DNA from: Stegostoma tigrinum
Taxonomy: Eukaryota
Reading direction: 5' to 3'
NCBI RefSeq assembly: GCF_030684315.1
Contig: NC_081365.1
Location: 39,027,830-39,091,829, forward strand
DNA length: 64,000 nt
Position numbers and translations under genes: made by a program. The notes under the pieces were generated by a model. It had not been told where the DNA came from and did not search any database. It was given only the letters and a program-made list of their open reading frames with translations. Every line of letters starts with the position of its first letter. The stretch's first letter is position 1. This document shows, in pieces, positions 26,720-36,458 of the stretch.

Positions 26720-28174
26720 ATGGCTGCGGCAAGTGCTCGTGCCCCAGGTCAGGGGGTCCGGAACACCATCCGTGTTTCCGTAAAGAAGGTGGATGAAGGT
26801 GCACCTGTGGACCGCACCTTCTTCGTGAAGAGGGTCCTGTTGGACTGTTGTGGGTTCGCTGCTGCGGACATTTACTGCCTGCAGGATTTCCCCGGAGGGG
26901 GTTTTTACGATGTGACCTTCCGGAGTGCCAAGCTTTGCGAGCGCTTCCTGGAGGTTTTCAAGGAGAAAGGAGGTGAGGGCCCCCTCTCTGTATTGACCGC
27001 TGTCCCACTGTTTGTGATGCCAGCACAGAGGAGCCGTATGGTGACTGTACACATGTACAACCCGCATGTGCCAGCAGTTGATGTCCTGACCTTCCTCGGA
27101 AGGTATGTGAAGGTGCAAGGGGACCTAACTGACATCGTGGACCCCTTTGGCATCTGGACGAGTAAGAGGCAGGTCAAGGTGACGCTGAGGATGGGCGCAG
27201 ACGGGAATGTCGCACACCCACCGTCCAGCTTCGCGATCGGCGGGAGCAGGGGCTACCTGACCTATGCAGGGCAACCTAAAGTCTGCCATGCCTGTGGTAG
27301 GTCAGGTCACATGGCGGCCGACTGCAAAATCACCATCTGCAGGGAGGAGGGACACCTTGCAAAGGATTGCCCACGAGAGAGAAGCTGCAACCTTTGCGGG
27401 GAAGCGGGCCACTTCTATAGGGTATGCCCGCGGCGGGGTACCACCTACGCCCAGGTCGCCGGCAGGGGTAATGCGGGGCCAGCCCCCCCGGAGGAGAGGA
27501 AGGCACCAGGGCCCAGCAAGGACCCCACTAATGTACAGGAGGGCCAGGCCGTGCAGGAGGGCCCAGCCCTGCAGGATGGGCCCGAGGCCAGCAAAGCACC
27601 CCTGCAGGCTCCGATCCCCCCCGACAACCCGGAGCCAATGGAGGCGGCGGCAGGCAACCCAGGGGAGTGGACTACAGTCCGGAAAGTGAGGAGGAAGGTG
27701 CGTCGACGGGCCCAGGAACCGCAACAATCAGGAGGGAAGAGGCAGCTACAGGGGGGCTATAAGAGCTCCTCTGACGAGGAGGATTCGGAGAGGGCCCACC
27801 CGAAGCAGAAGTTAAAGGTCTCGAGGGGGAAGGAAAGCAGCACCCCGCTTCCAGGTGACGGGAGGCGTCCTGAGGCTCACTCCGACACCCAGTCAAGTGC
27901 CGCTGGAGCACTGGAGGGCCCCCCGGAACTTCCAGGCGGGAAGGAGGAAACAGCACGTCCCCAGCCTGACCCGGAGCCGGACCCTCCTGCCTCCGCACCC
28001 CTGGCGGGGGGATGCCACCCGGAAGGCAGCACGGACGGTTTCCTGAGCCCAGAGAGCGTCCAGCAGTTAGCCCGGGCAATGGGCATGAAGGGACAGATGG
28101 AGGGGCTGGACCTTGGACCTGGGGAGGGTACTGCGGTCACTGCCCACAATGGGGGTACGAATTGCGAGCATTAA
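26720..28174 (+). CDS. Tx1 copy R ORF1 (484 aa, CCHC knuckles; second knuckle has a 3-codon deletion)
   Basis: Open frame from ATG 26720 (MAAASARAPG) to TAA 28174. Reads ITICREEGH versus VTICRNCREEGH in copy L. Confidence 0.85.
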   Translation: MAAASARAPGQGVRNTIRVSVKKVDEGAPVDRTFFVKRVLLDCCGFAAADIYCLQDFPGGGFYDVTFRSAKLCERFLEVFKEKGGEGPLSVLTAVPLFVMPAQRSRMVTVHMYNPHVPAVDVLTFLGRYVKVQGDLTDIVDPFGIWTSKRQVKVTLRMGADGNVAHPPSSFAIGGSRGYLTYAGQPKVCHACGRSGHMAADCKITICREEGHLAKDCPRERSCNLCGEAGHFYRVCPRRGTTYAQVAGRGNAGPAPPEERKAPGPSKDPTNVQEGQAVQEGPALQDGPEASKAPLQAPIPPDNPEPMEAAAGNPGEWTTVRKVRRKVRRRAQEPQQSGGKRQLQGGYKSSSDEEDSERAHPKQKLKVSRGKESSTPLPGDGRRPEAHSDTQSSAAGALEGPPELPGGKEETARPQPDPEPDPPASAPLAGGCHPEGSTDGFLSPESVQQLARAMGMKGQMEGLDLGPGEGTAVTAHNGGTNCEH

Positions 28175-31100
28175 TGTGCGCAGCGTCAAGTCAACCGCGA
28201 GATGTGTGTCCACGTTGGCCTACCTGACCACCATCAAGGCGGACCTCCTGTTTCTGCAGGAGTGCGGGATACCGCACCTCGGCAGGTACGGGAAACGGTC
28301 CGGCGCCTGGACCTGTGGGCCTTCGATCTGGTCGGGGGGTAACGACTGTCGCTCCTCGGGCCTGGCTATTCTGCTGCGGGGGCACAACTTCACCATCTCT
28401 CAAGTTCAGGAGGTGGTGGGGGGGTGCCTCCTAGTGGCTGACGTCACCTACAGGAACGCTCCCCTGAGGCTGATCAACGTGTACGCCCCAGTGGTACGGA
28501 GTGAGCGGTTGGACGTCCTGCAGCGGCTTCCACCCCTGCTGGCTACGTCCAGGCCGGTCATCCTAGGCGGAGACTTCAACTGCATCATTGATGCAGATGG
28601 AAGATCCGGCGTGGGGACAGCGGGTGGGGGGATTCAACTGGACGTCACGTCCAGATTCCTGATGGGCACGGTGAAGGACGCCAAGCTGCTCGACGTCTTC
28701 AGCACCCCTGCAGACGGAGCGCAGCAGAGGTACACCTGGTCGCGGCCAGACGGGTCTATCCGCTCAAGGATAGACTTCCTGTTTGTGTCACGGACGTTCT
28801 CGGTCAGATCCACCGGTGTCGAGCCGGTGTTCTTCTCTGACCACTGCCTCCTGTTGGCCGACTGTCACTTACAGGACGACCAGCCGGCCGGCAAGGGGAC
28901 GTGGAAGCTCAACACGACTCTGTTGACCCCAGAGAACGTCGAGGAGCTTAAGAGGGAGTACGCCGGTTGGAGAGCCGTGAAACCCCTCTTTGAGTCTCCA
29001 GGCGACTGGTGGCAGATGAAGGAGAACATCAAGAGGTTCTTTGTCCGCAAGGGTGCTCAGAAGGCAAGAGAGAGGCGGGGAAAGCTGTCGCGACTCCAGA
29101 AAAGGGTGCAGAACCTGCTCCTTCTGCAGTTGATGGGGGTCGATGTCACGGAGGACCTCCGCGAGGTGAGGGGCCAGCAAGCCTCGCTCTTCGCCGTGAA
29201 GGCCTCCAGGATAATCTTCCGGTCCAGGGTCCGCTCTGTGGAGCAGGACGAGACGTGCTCGCGTTTCTTCTTTCAGAAGGTGCACAAAGAGAGCTCTGTG
29301 CTTAGCCGGCTGAAGGAGGACGACGGCTCGGTGACGTCGTCTCGGCCCGACGTTTTGAGGATCATCAGATCCTTCTATGCCGGACTGTACGACACGAAGC
29401 CCACGGACAGCATGGCCTCCGAGTCGTTCCTGTCGTCTATCACGGAGGTCTTAGACGACGGCACGAGGGAGTGGCTGGACCGGCCGATATCCCTGGACGA
29501 GCTGGCCAGAGCCCTCAAGTCCTTGCAGAGGAATAGGACTCCCGGAAGCGGCCGCTTACCGGTCGAGCTGTATTCTGCTCTGTGGGGCCTGGTCGGCCAG
29601 GACCTGCTGGAGGTGTACGATAGTGCGCTTCGGGCAGGGGAAATGTGCAAGTCCATGAGGAAGGGCATCATCATCCTCATTTACAAGAGGAAGGGGGAGA
29701 GGGAAGAAATTAAGAATTGGCGTCCCATTTCACTTTTGAACGTGGACTACAAAATCCTGGCCAAGGTCATTGCCAACCGGGTCAGGTCTGTCCTGGAGTC
29801 GGTGATTCACCCTGACCAAACCTGTGCTGTGCCGGGCAGGAAGATCGCTGAGAGCCTCGCGCTCATCAGGGATACGATCGCCTACGTACAGGACAGGCGG
29901 GTGGACACCTGCCTCGTCAGCCTGGACCAGGAGACGGCCTTCGACAGGGTCTCTCATGCTTACATGAGGGACGTCCTCTCCAAATTAGGGTTCGGGGAGG
30001 GCATCCGCAATTGGATCCGGCTGCTTTACGCCAACATCGTTAGCGCAGTCTCGATCAACGGGTGGGAATCAGACAGTTTTCCTGTTAGATCTGGAGTCAG
30101 GCAGGGCTGCCCGCTCTCTCCTGCCTTGTTTGTGTGCTGTGTGGAGCCCTTCGCCGCCTCCATCAGGAAGGACGTGAGCCTGAAGGGCGTGACTATCCCA
30201 GGCAGCGGAGGCCTTCAGGTCAAGACCTCCCTGTACATGGATGATGTCACCGTCTTCTGCCCCGATCGTCGGTCGGTGAGTAGGCTGTTGGACATCTGCG
30301 GCCAGTTTGAACTGGCCTTGGGTGCCAAAGTCAATAGGGGTAAGAGCGAGGTCATGTTCTTCGGGAACTGGGACGACCGCTCCTTCATCCCCTTCACTGT
30401 CAGGACAGACTACCTGAAGGTGCTGGGTGTTTGGTTTGGTGGAGCTGGGCCATCCACTAAGACTTGGGAGAAGCGTATCGCCAAATTGAAGCAGAAGCTG
30501 GGCAGGTGGATGCTCCGGTCCCTCTCCATCGTGGGTAAGAACCTAGTTGTCATGTGCGAGGGGCTTTCGGTACTGTTGTATGTGGCGCAGGCCTGGCCTA
30601 TTCCCTGGACCTGCGCCGCTGCGGTCACCCGGGCCATCTTCCACTTCATTTGGGGGTCGAGGATGGACCGGGTCCGCAGGAACACCATGTACAAAGACCT
30701 GGGAAATGGGGGAAAGGGCGTACCGAACGCCACCCTCGCCCTGACGGCTACCTTTGTGTGTGGCTGCATCAAGCTGTGCGTCGATCCTCAGTACGCAAAC
30801 ACCAAGTGTCACTACTTACTGAGGTTCTACCTGTCCCCGGTGTTGCAAAGGATGGGCCTGGCCTCGTTGCCGCGGAACGCTCCGAGTAGTTGGACCGTTC
30901 CGTACCACCTGTCCTTCGTGGAGAAATTTTTGAAAGGAAACACCTTTGACCACAAGGCCGTCAGGCAGTGGTCAGCACATAGTATCCTCAGGACCCTTCG
31001 GGAAAAGGAGAGGGTGGATCCCGTCGTGTGGTTCCCCACGCAGACTGCCAAAGTCGTTTGCCAGAATGCCTCATCTCCAGAACTTTCAAACAAGCACGAA

Positions 31101-31566
31101 GACATTGCTTGGCTGGCGGTGAGAGGGGCTCTGCCAGTGAGATCCTTTATGCATGCCCGGAATCTCTGCACCACCGCACGCTGCCCTCGAGGTGGCTGCG
31201 GGGGGGACGAGACTGTTGATCACCTCCTTCTGGAGTGTGCCTATGCGCAGGAGGTCTGGAGGGGGATGCAGTGGTATTTGTCGAGGTTCGTCCCGAGCAG
31301 CTCTGTGACACGGGACTCCATGCTCTACGGGCTGTTTCCGGGGACGCACACCGAGACCAACATCAACTGCGCCTGGAGGACCATCAATGCGGTGAAAGAC
31401 GCTCTTTGGTCTGCCCGCAACTTGCTGGTCTGCCAGCTGAAAGAACTGACCCCCGACCGAGTGTTGCAGACTGGCGCACTCCAAGGTCCAGGGCTACGTG
31501 CTGAGGGACGCGCTAAAGCTTGGGGCAGCCGCCGCCAAGGCGCGGTGGGGAAAGACCACCGTATGA
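28149..31566 (+). CDS. Tx1 copy R ORF2 (APE-RT-CCHC), open until a +1 frameshift at the C-run 31450-31454
   Basis: MGVRIASINVRSV start overlaps the ORF1 end by 26 nt. APE and RT (YMDD) motifs present. The ancestral end KTTV* (TGA 31564-31566) is seen by comparison with copy L. Confidence 0.9.
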
Positions 31567-32225
31567 GCCCCCTCGTCCAGGAAAGGGAAAAGAATCCTAT
31601 CTGGTAACTGGGCCCAGCTGGCGCCTTCCCCAACTGGTCAGGGGGCCAACTGGGACTGTGCGGGGTGACGACTGCCGGGGCGGTTTCTTTGCTTTGTTTT
31701 TTTTTTCCTTTAGTTGGTGTACGTACCCCTGGGTAACCCGGAGCGGCTTGCATGACTGGGTAGGTGTATAACTGTTTTATTTTTTGTACATTCTATGAAT
31801 AAAGTATATTTTTTCAAATAAAAAAAGATGATGAAACATCTGAAAACTAACCTTCCAGCTCAGCGAGCAAACTCACATCCAGAACTAATTTAGCTTTTCA
31901 ACACAAATCAAGAAAAACAATGGTGCTGACATTTACCCTTGGGAAACACCACTGCTGCCCAGAAAATTAGTATTCACCAGTATTCTGTTTCCTATCATTT
32001 AGTCAAGTTCAAAAGTCTGTCACATCACACTTTATCAAATGCATTTGGATAGCCACATATACCATATCAACTACATTAATCTCATCAACCTCTGTTGTTT
32101 CATCAAAAAACACAATGAAATTAGGCAAAAATATGTTGCCATAAATATTTAATATTATTCATTCATACTTGCATTTTCGTTTAGATTCAATCATGCGCAT
32201 TAAGAGGAAGAAAAAAAAAACTTAC

Positions 32226-32272
32226 CAAACTGAGGAAACTGTAGAAGTATGAGACAGCACAGTGCCCGCAAC
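32226..32272 (-). CDS. B7/butyrophilin-like gene exon 2, signal peptide
   Basis: TCTTCTTCAG acceptor, GTAAGT donor, 47 nt. Encodes (M)LRALCCLILLQFPQF(E), joining in frame to AFDVIC of the IgV exon. Confidence 0.8.
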
Positions 32273-33829
32273 CTGAAGAAGATTTAACAAATGCTTAGAA
32301 GCAAGGAACGTGTGCTGAACAGTTCTGGACCATTTCTAAGTGATCCGACATGGCAATGTTATCCTAAAGGGTATAGGTCTGCAACTACACATCAATGATT
32401 TGGGTAAACCTAGAGGAATTACTATCTACAGTCCTAAGTAACACTAAAATAGGAGGGCTAGTCAATATTTCAGAAGGGGTACAGACTACAATATTGAATT
32501 GAAAAGATGATGCAAAAGAGAGAAAATGTGGTCGACAGAATTCGGTGTCGTCAATTGTGTTTCAGAAAGCAGGGAATGTGAATGAGTCAGTGAGATAATG
32601 TGATAGAATGCAGGAGTGAGGGAGTGTGTGCAAGGGAAAATGTATGTGAAGTACAGAGGGGGAAGAGCCACATGAATACAGGAGTGGACAGCACATTGAG
32701 AGGTGGTATGAGAGGGAGAGGGGTAGTGTGAGAGAGGGAGCATTAGAGAGGGGGAGGGTTCATCAGAGTGAGAGAGGGGAGTGTACAAGAGAGTGAGTGA
32801 GAGTGTGATGTGTGATAATATGACCGCTAGGATAGTCTGTCATCACCACAAAATGGCAGATGTCTCTAAAAACATGAGGTACTGAGAACTGGCATGTATG
32901 CCAGCTGTCCTGTCCATCTGAAACCAACTATCCATTTTGCTGTAAACCCAATCTTAAAATCTGCAAATCACCAGACTCGTTGCAGTCAATCCTGATTGAT
33001 AAAATGTTTGATAACATAAACAAATTAGGAATGGTATAATTGTCACAGAGTACTCTGCATTGTTTCTTTCACTCTTCATGAGACCTGGGTGTCACCAGCA
33101 AGCCCAGTGATTTGTTGCCCATCCCTAATTGCCTCCAAACTGAACAGCTTGCTTCATTTTGAAGAGCAATAAAAAGTCAACCAGATGTTGAAAACTTGGA
33201 GACACGTGGGGGCCAGATTCCACAAGAGACATCATTGAAACTTTTGCACGCAGATAATTTGTGTTGTTACACACAAAAGCCTCAATTTGTGCAGTAACTG
33301 TGTTTCTGGAGTCCCAGAGAGATGAAAACCAATGGCACTTTCTGTCAGTTTTGCTGGGACTGGTTTTCAGTTCCAGACTTACATATTTTTCAATCAACCT
33401 GTTGAGAAATGTGTTGACACACCTCTGGAGCAAGTGGCAAGCTTACAGGCTCAGGGATATGGATAATACCACTACACCACAACAGCCCCTAATTTCAGAT
33501 TTATAAATTAAATTCATATTAATTCAGCTGCTATAGTGAGATTTGAACCCACTTACACCAAAGCATTAAGTTAGTACTTTCAGTGAAGTTCCACCACACC
33601 ACCATCGGCCTCAAGCACTAAATTACAAATGACAACAACATGCCAATACAAAGGGTAAAACTGGCATTCACTAGAATGACGTCCAGTATTAGAAAGTACA
33701 AAGGGAGAACAGGTGTTATGAGGAATGGTAAGATTTCCCAAGCACCCCTTCCACAACACTACATTTCCATGTATCCTTTGGTTACAAGAGTCCATTTAAT
33801 CAAATCCCACAACCGTCCGAACCAGAGAT

Positions 33830-34027
33830 CGTAGGAACTGCAGATGCTGGAGAATCTGAGATAACAAGATGTAGAGCTGGATGAACATAGCAGGCCAAGC
33901 AGCGCCATAGGAGCAGGAAAGCTGATATTTCGCGCCGAGAGGGTCTAGGCCCGCAACGTCAGCTTTCCTGCTTCTTTGATGCTGCTTCGCCTGCTGTGTT
34001 CATCCAGCTCTACACCTTGTTATCTCC
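33830..34027. mobile_element. PLE family B fold-back terminus
   Basis: GGAACTGCAGATGCTGG arm followed by its reverse complement. Confidence 0.75.
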
Positions 34028-34594
34028 TTCTTAACCAGTCCTGCCTCTTCTTGGCAGTATTGTGACTGTACTCACACAACATGGACTACAAGAAGCAAGT
34101 TCACCACCATCTCCTCAACAGTAATTATAGATAGACAGAAAAAACTACACCAGTAATTTCCGGATTCAAAAAAGTGCTCCATGCCTTTGTCTGTACGACA
34201 CCAACGTGCTTCCCACACCACACTCTTGAAGTCAAAGATTTGCAGGTACATTGCCTTCAGAACTATAAGCTGTCTGTCGCAAAGCACTCGGCCAACGAAA
34301 GTTGTTGTATGTTGTGGGCAACAAAGGAGTTTATACAACTGGGGTTTGATGGAGGCATTCATATTCCTCGAAAAGAAACAGGTCATGCACGGATTAAAGC
34401 TCCTGTGCCTGCCCAACGTAAATATTGCCATCTAAGAGTTTTTGTGGAGCAGTGACAGTGATCCTATCTTTGAAGATCCAGTTTTAAGTCTAGAATGAGG
34501 ATCTGATGAACAGTTAGCAGTGTCGCAACATATCCAGATAAATTGGTTAAGAGACTACATCGTGCATCCCTGGGCCGACAGTGCCATTTCATGG

Positions 34595-34885
34595 CATAAC
34601 GAGGTGTAGAGCTGGATGAACACGGCAGGCCAGTAGCATCAGAGGGGCAGGAAAGCTGACATTTCAGATCTAGACCCTTCTTCAGAAAACTATCCAACAC
34701 CGTTTCAGCAAGAAGACAGGTACCTCAGGTATGTTCTACTCTTCCAAACATATACAAACAAGAAGTCCCAAAGGTTTTTGAAGAAGGGTCTCAGCTGAAA
34801 CGCCAGCTTTCCTGCTCCTCTGATGCTGCTTGGCCTGCTGTGTTCATCCAGATCTACACCTTGTTACCTCAGATTCTCCAGCATC
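34595..34885. mobile_element. PLE family B inverted termini enclosing an RT-like remnant
   Basis: Inverted arms. The spacer reads LPNIYKQEVP and LRPIV follows at ~34938, resembling the PLE RT motif LPKIHK..VP.LRPIV. Confidence 0.55.
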
Positions 34886-35190
34886 AGCAGTTCCTACTAT
34901 CTCTAGGGCTGATTTAGTGTTCTGTCTTCTTGAGCTCCTTCGACCTATTGTTATGAAGCACTCTTTCATTTATAAAACAGCTCTAACGCATTTCTTAAAA
35001 TCACAATTACATTCCAGTACGTTAATTTGCTCTTTCGATATCGATAGTTCTATATCCGAAACCTTTAACACCCATTATCAAACAGTCTGCTTGAAGAACT
35101 TGTTCATAATCAATCAGCAGAACATAAAGATATTCATCTAAACTTAACGGTATAAAAAGCTATCTACAAGAAACATTATGTATAACTTAC

Positions 35191-35192
35191 AT
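35191..35192 (-). CDS. B7/butyrophilin-like gene exon 1, coding part (AT of a split ATG)
   Basis: ...GAGACATAAT followed by the donor GTAAGT at 35190-35185. Joined to the G at 32272 this gives ATG with A at -3. Confidence 0.65.
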
Positions 35193-35267
35193 TATGTCTC
35201 AATTTTGTTCAGTATCAATGTCAGGATCCGCAGTCTGTACAAACAGGAACACAAAACTGCTCTGTAG

Positions 35268-35640
35268 CCCGCCCAGAACTGCGTGTAAACTCCTATTGAA
35301 ACTCCCGTTTCAATTCCGTCACTTGTGTCTGGGCAGAAGAATTTTTTACAGGTTTGAAGTAACGACCGCGCTGTAATCCAGACTAAACCCTAATCTGATT
35401 TAAATTTCAACGGATGGTATTGGATTGATCTCAAGGTTTGTGTGATAATTAAAGCTGAGTGAGTCCTCATTGTTTGTCAAGCGCAGAGTTTATTCCAAGA
35501 ACCCTAGTGATCAGACATATACAGGACGTGAAATGTATTCCCACAGTATTTTATAAATAGATGGTGACCAAGTGCAAAAGAGAATTACAAAATGTGCGCC
35601 TCCCGAAGGAGAAACGAAACCGAAAGAAGCGCTGAGTCGC
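35268..35640 (-). promoter_or_regulatory. Putative interferon-responsive promoter of the B7-like gene
   Basis: ISRE-like GAAACGAAACCGAAAG (35611-35626), AP-1-like TGAGTCG (35633-35639), minus-strand TATAAAA (35555-35549), kB-like GGGAGTTTCA (35306-35297) and GC box GGGCGGG (35274-35268), all immediately upstream of the exon 1 donor. Confidence 0.6.
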
Positions 35641-35817
35641 TGACTGTTATCATTTGCTGTTTTATTTCACAATTAGAGTATTCTCATTATTTGACTTTTT
35701 GCTCAAATTGAGGAAGGTTCCTGCGGGAGGTAGTAGGAACTCCCGATGCTGGGGATAATACGGTGTCGAGCTGGATGAACACAGCAGGTCAAGCAGCATC
35801 AGAGAAGCAGGAAGGCT

Positions 35818-35845
35818 GACGTTTCGAGCCTAGACCCTTCTTCAG
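35818..35845 (-). ncRNA. Minimal type I hammerhead ribozyme motif
   Basis: CTGAAGA-A-GGGTCTAGGCTC-GAAA-CGTC. Confidence 0.7.
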
Positions 35846-36430
35846 AAATGGGGAGGGAAGGGGGTTCCGAAATAAATAGGGAGAGATGGGGAGGTGGATA
35901 GAGGAGAAGATAGGTGGAGAGGTTACAGACCTGTCAAAGAGGCGGGGATGGAGCCAGTAAAGGTGTGTGGGTGGGGAGGTAGGGAGGAGATAGGTCAGGG
36001 GGGATTTTGAAGCTTGTGAAGTCCAAAGGTTGCAGGAACAGCAACTCATATTCCACTGGGGAACCCTGTAGCCCAATGGTATCAATGTGGATTTCACAAG
36101 CTTCAAAATCTCCCCTGCCCCAAGTGCATCCCAAAACCAGCCCAGCTTGCTGTGGTCTCCCTAACCTGTTCCTCCCACCTATCCCCTCCTCCCACCTCAG
36201 GCCCCACCCACATCTCCTATACTGGCCTCGTCCAGCCCCCTTGACCTGTCTGTCCTCCCTGGACTGACCTATCCCCTCCCTAGCTCCCCACCGACAGTCA
36301 CCTTTACTGGCTCCGCCCCCTGTCTCTTTGACCTGTCTGTCTCCTCTCACCCATCTTCTCCTTTATCCATCTTCTATCTGCCTCCCCCGTCTCCCGATTT
36401 ATTTCACAACCCCCTTCCGCTCCCCCATTT

Positions 36431-36458
36431 CTGAAGAAGGGTCTAGGCCCGAAACGTC
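36431..36458 (+). ncRNA. Minimal type I hammerhead ribozyme motif
   Basis: CTGAAGA-A-GGGTCTAGGCCC-GAAA-CGTC, with a GUC cleavage triplet and a loopless stem III. Confidence 0.75.

Larger units (their letters stand above)
26521..31826 (+). mobile_element. Full-length Tx1-clade non-LTR retrotransposon, copy R
   Basis: Same two-ORF organisation as copy L. AATAAA at 31798-31803 and an A7 tail at 31820-31826. Confidence 0.93.
20796..31895. repeat. 11.1-kb composite inverted repeat: fold-back PLE pLTR with a Tx1 element inserted in each arm
   Basis: Outer 9-bp TSD AATTTAGCT (20796-20804 and 31887-31895). PLE segments lie at 20805-20897, 26237-26520 and 31827-31886. Symmetry centre ~26364-26372. 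Confidence 0.9.

Noticed and set aside
26720-28174. Host ZCCHC3-like gene
   Set aside because: It is directly followed by APE-RT ORF2 and a poly(A) tail and is present in two copies, so it is retrotransposon ORF1.
21113-31771. Numerous overlapping alternative-frame and antisense ORFs within the Tx1 copies
   Set aside because: These are expected shadow ORFs of GC-rich coding sequence with no recognisable domains.
20805-31886. Giant inverted repeat as an assembly fold-back artefact
   Set aside because: The arms differ by many substitutions and private indels, the ends are asymmetric, and a 9-bp TSD flanks the whole structure. Long-read confirmation is still advisable.
20805-31886. Composite DNA transposon or MITE with terminal inverted repeats
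   Set aside because: There is no transposase. The apparent TIRs are PLE pLTR arms (PLE ORF C-terminus, hammerheads) and the cargo ends in poly(A) tails.
32570-32815. Purine-rich GA/GT stretch giving a 100-aa ORF
   Set aside because: Low-complexity decayed microsatellite in intron 1.
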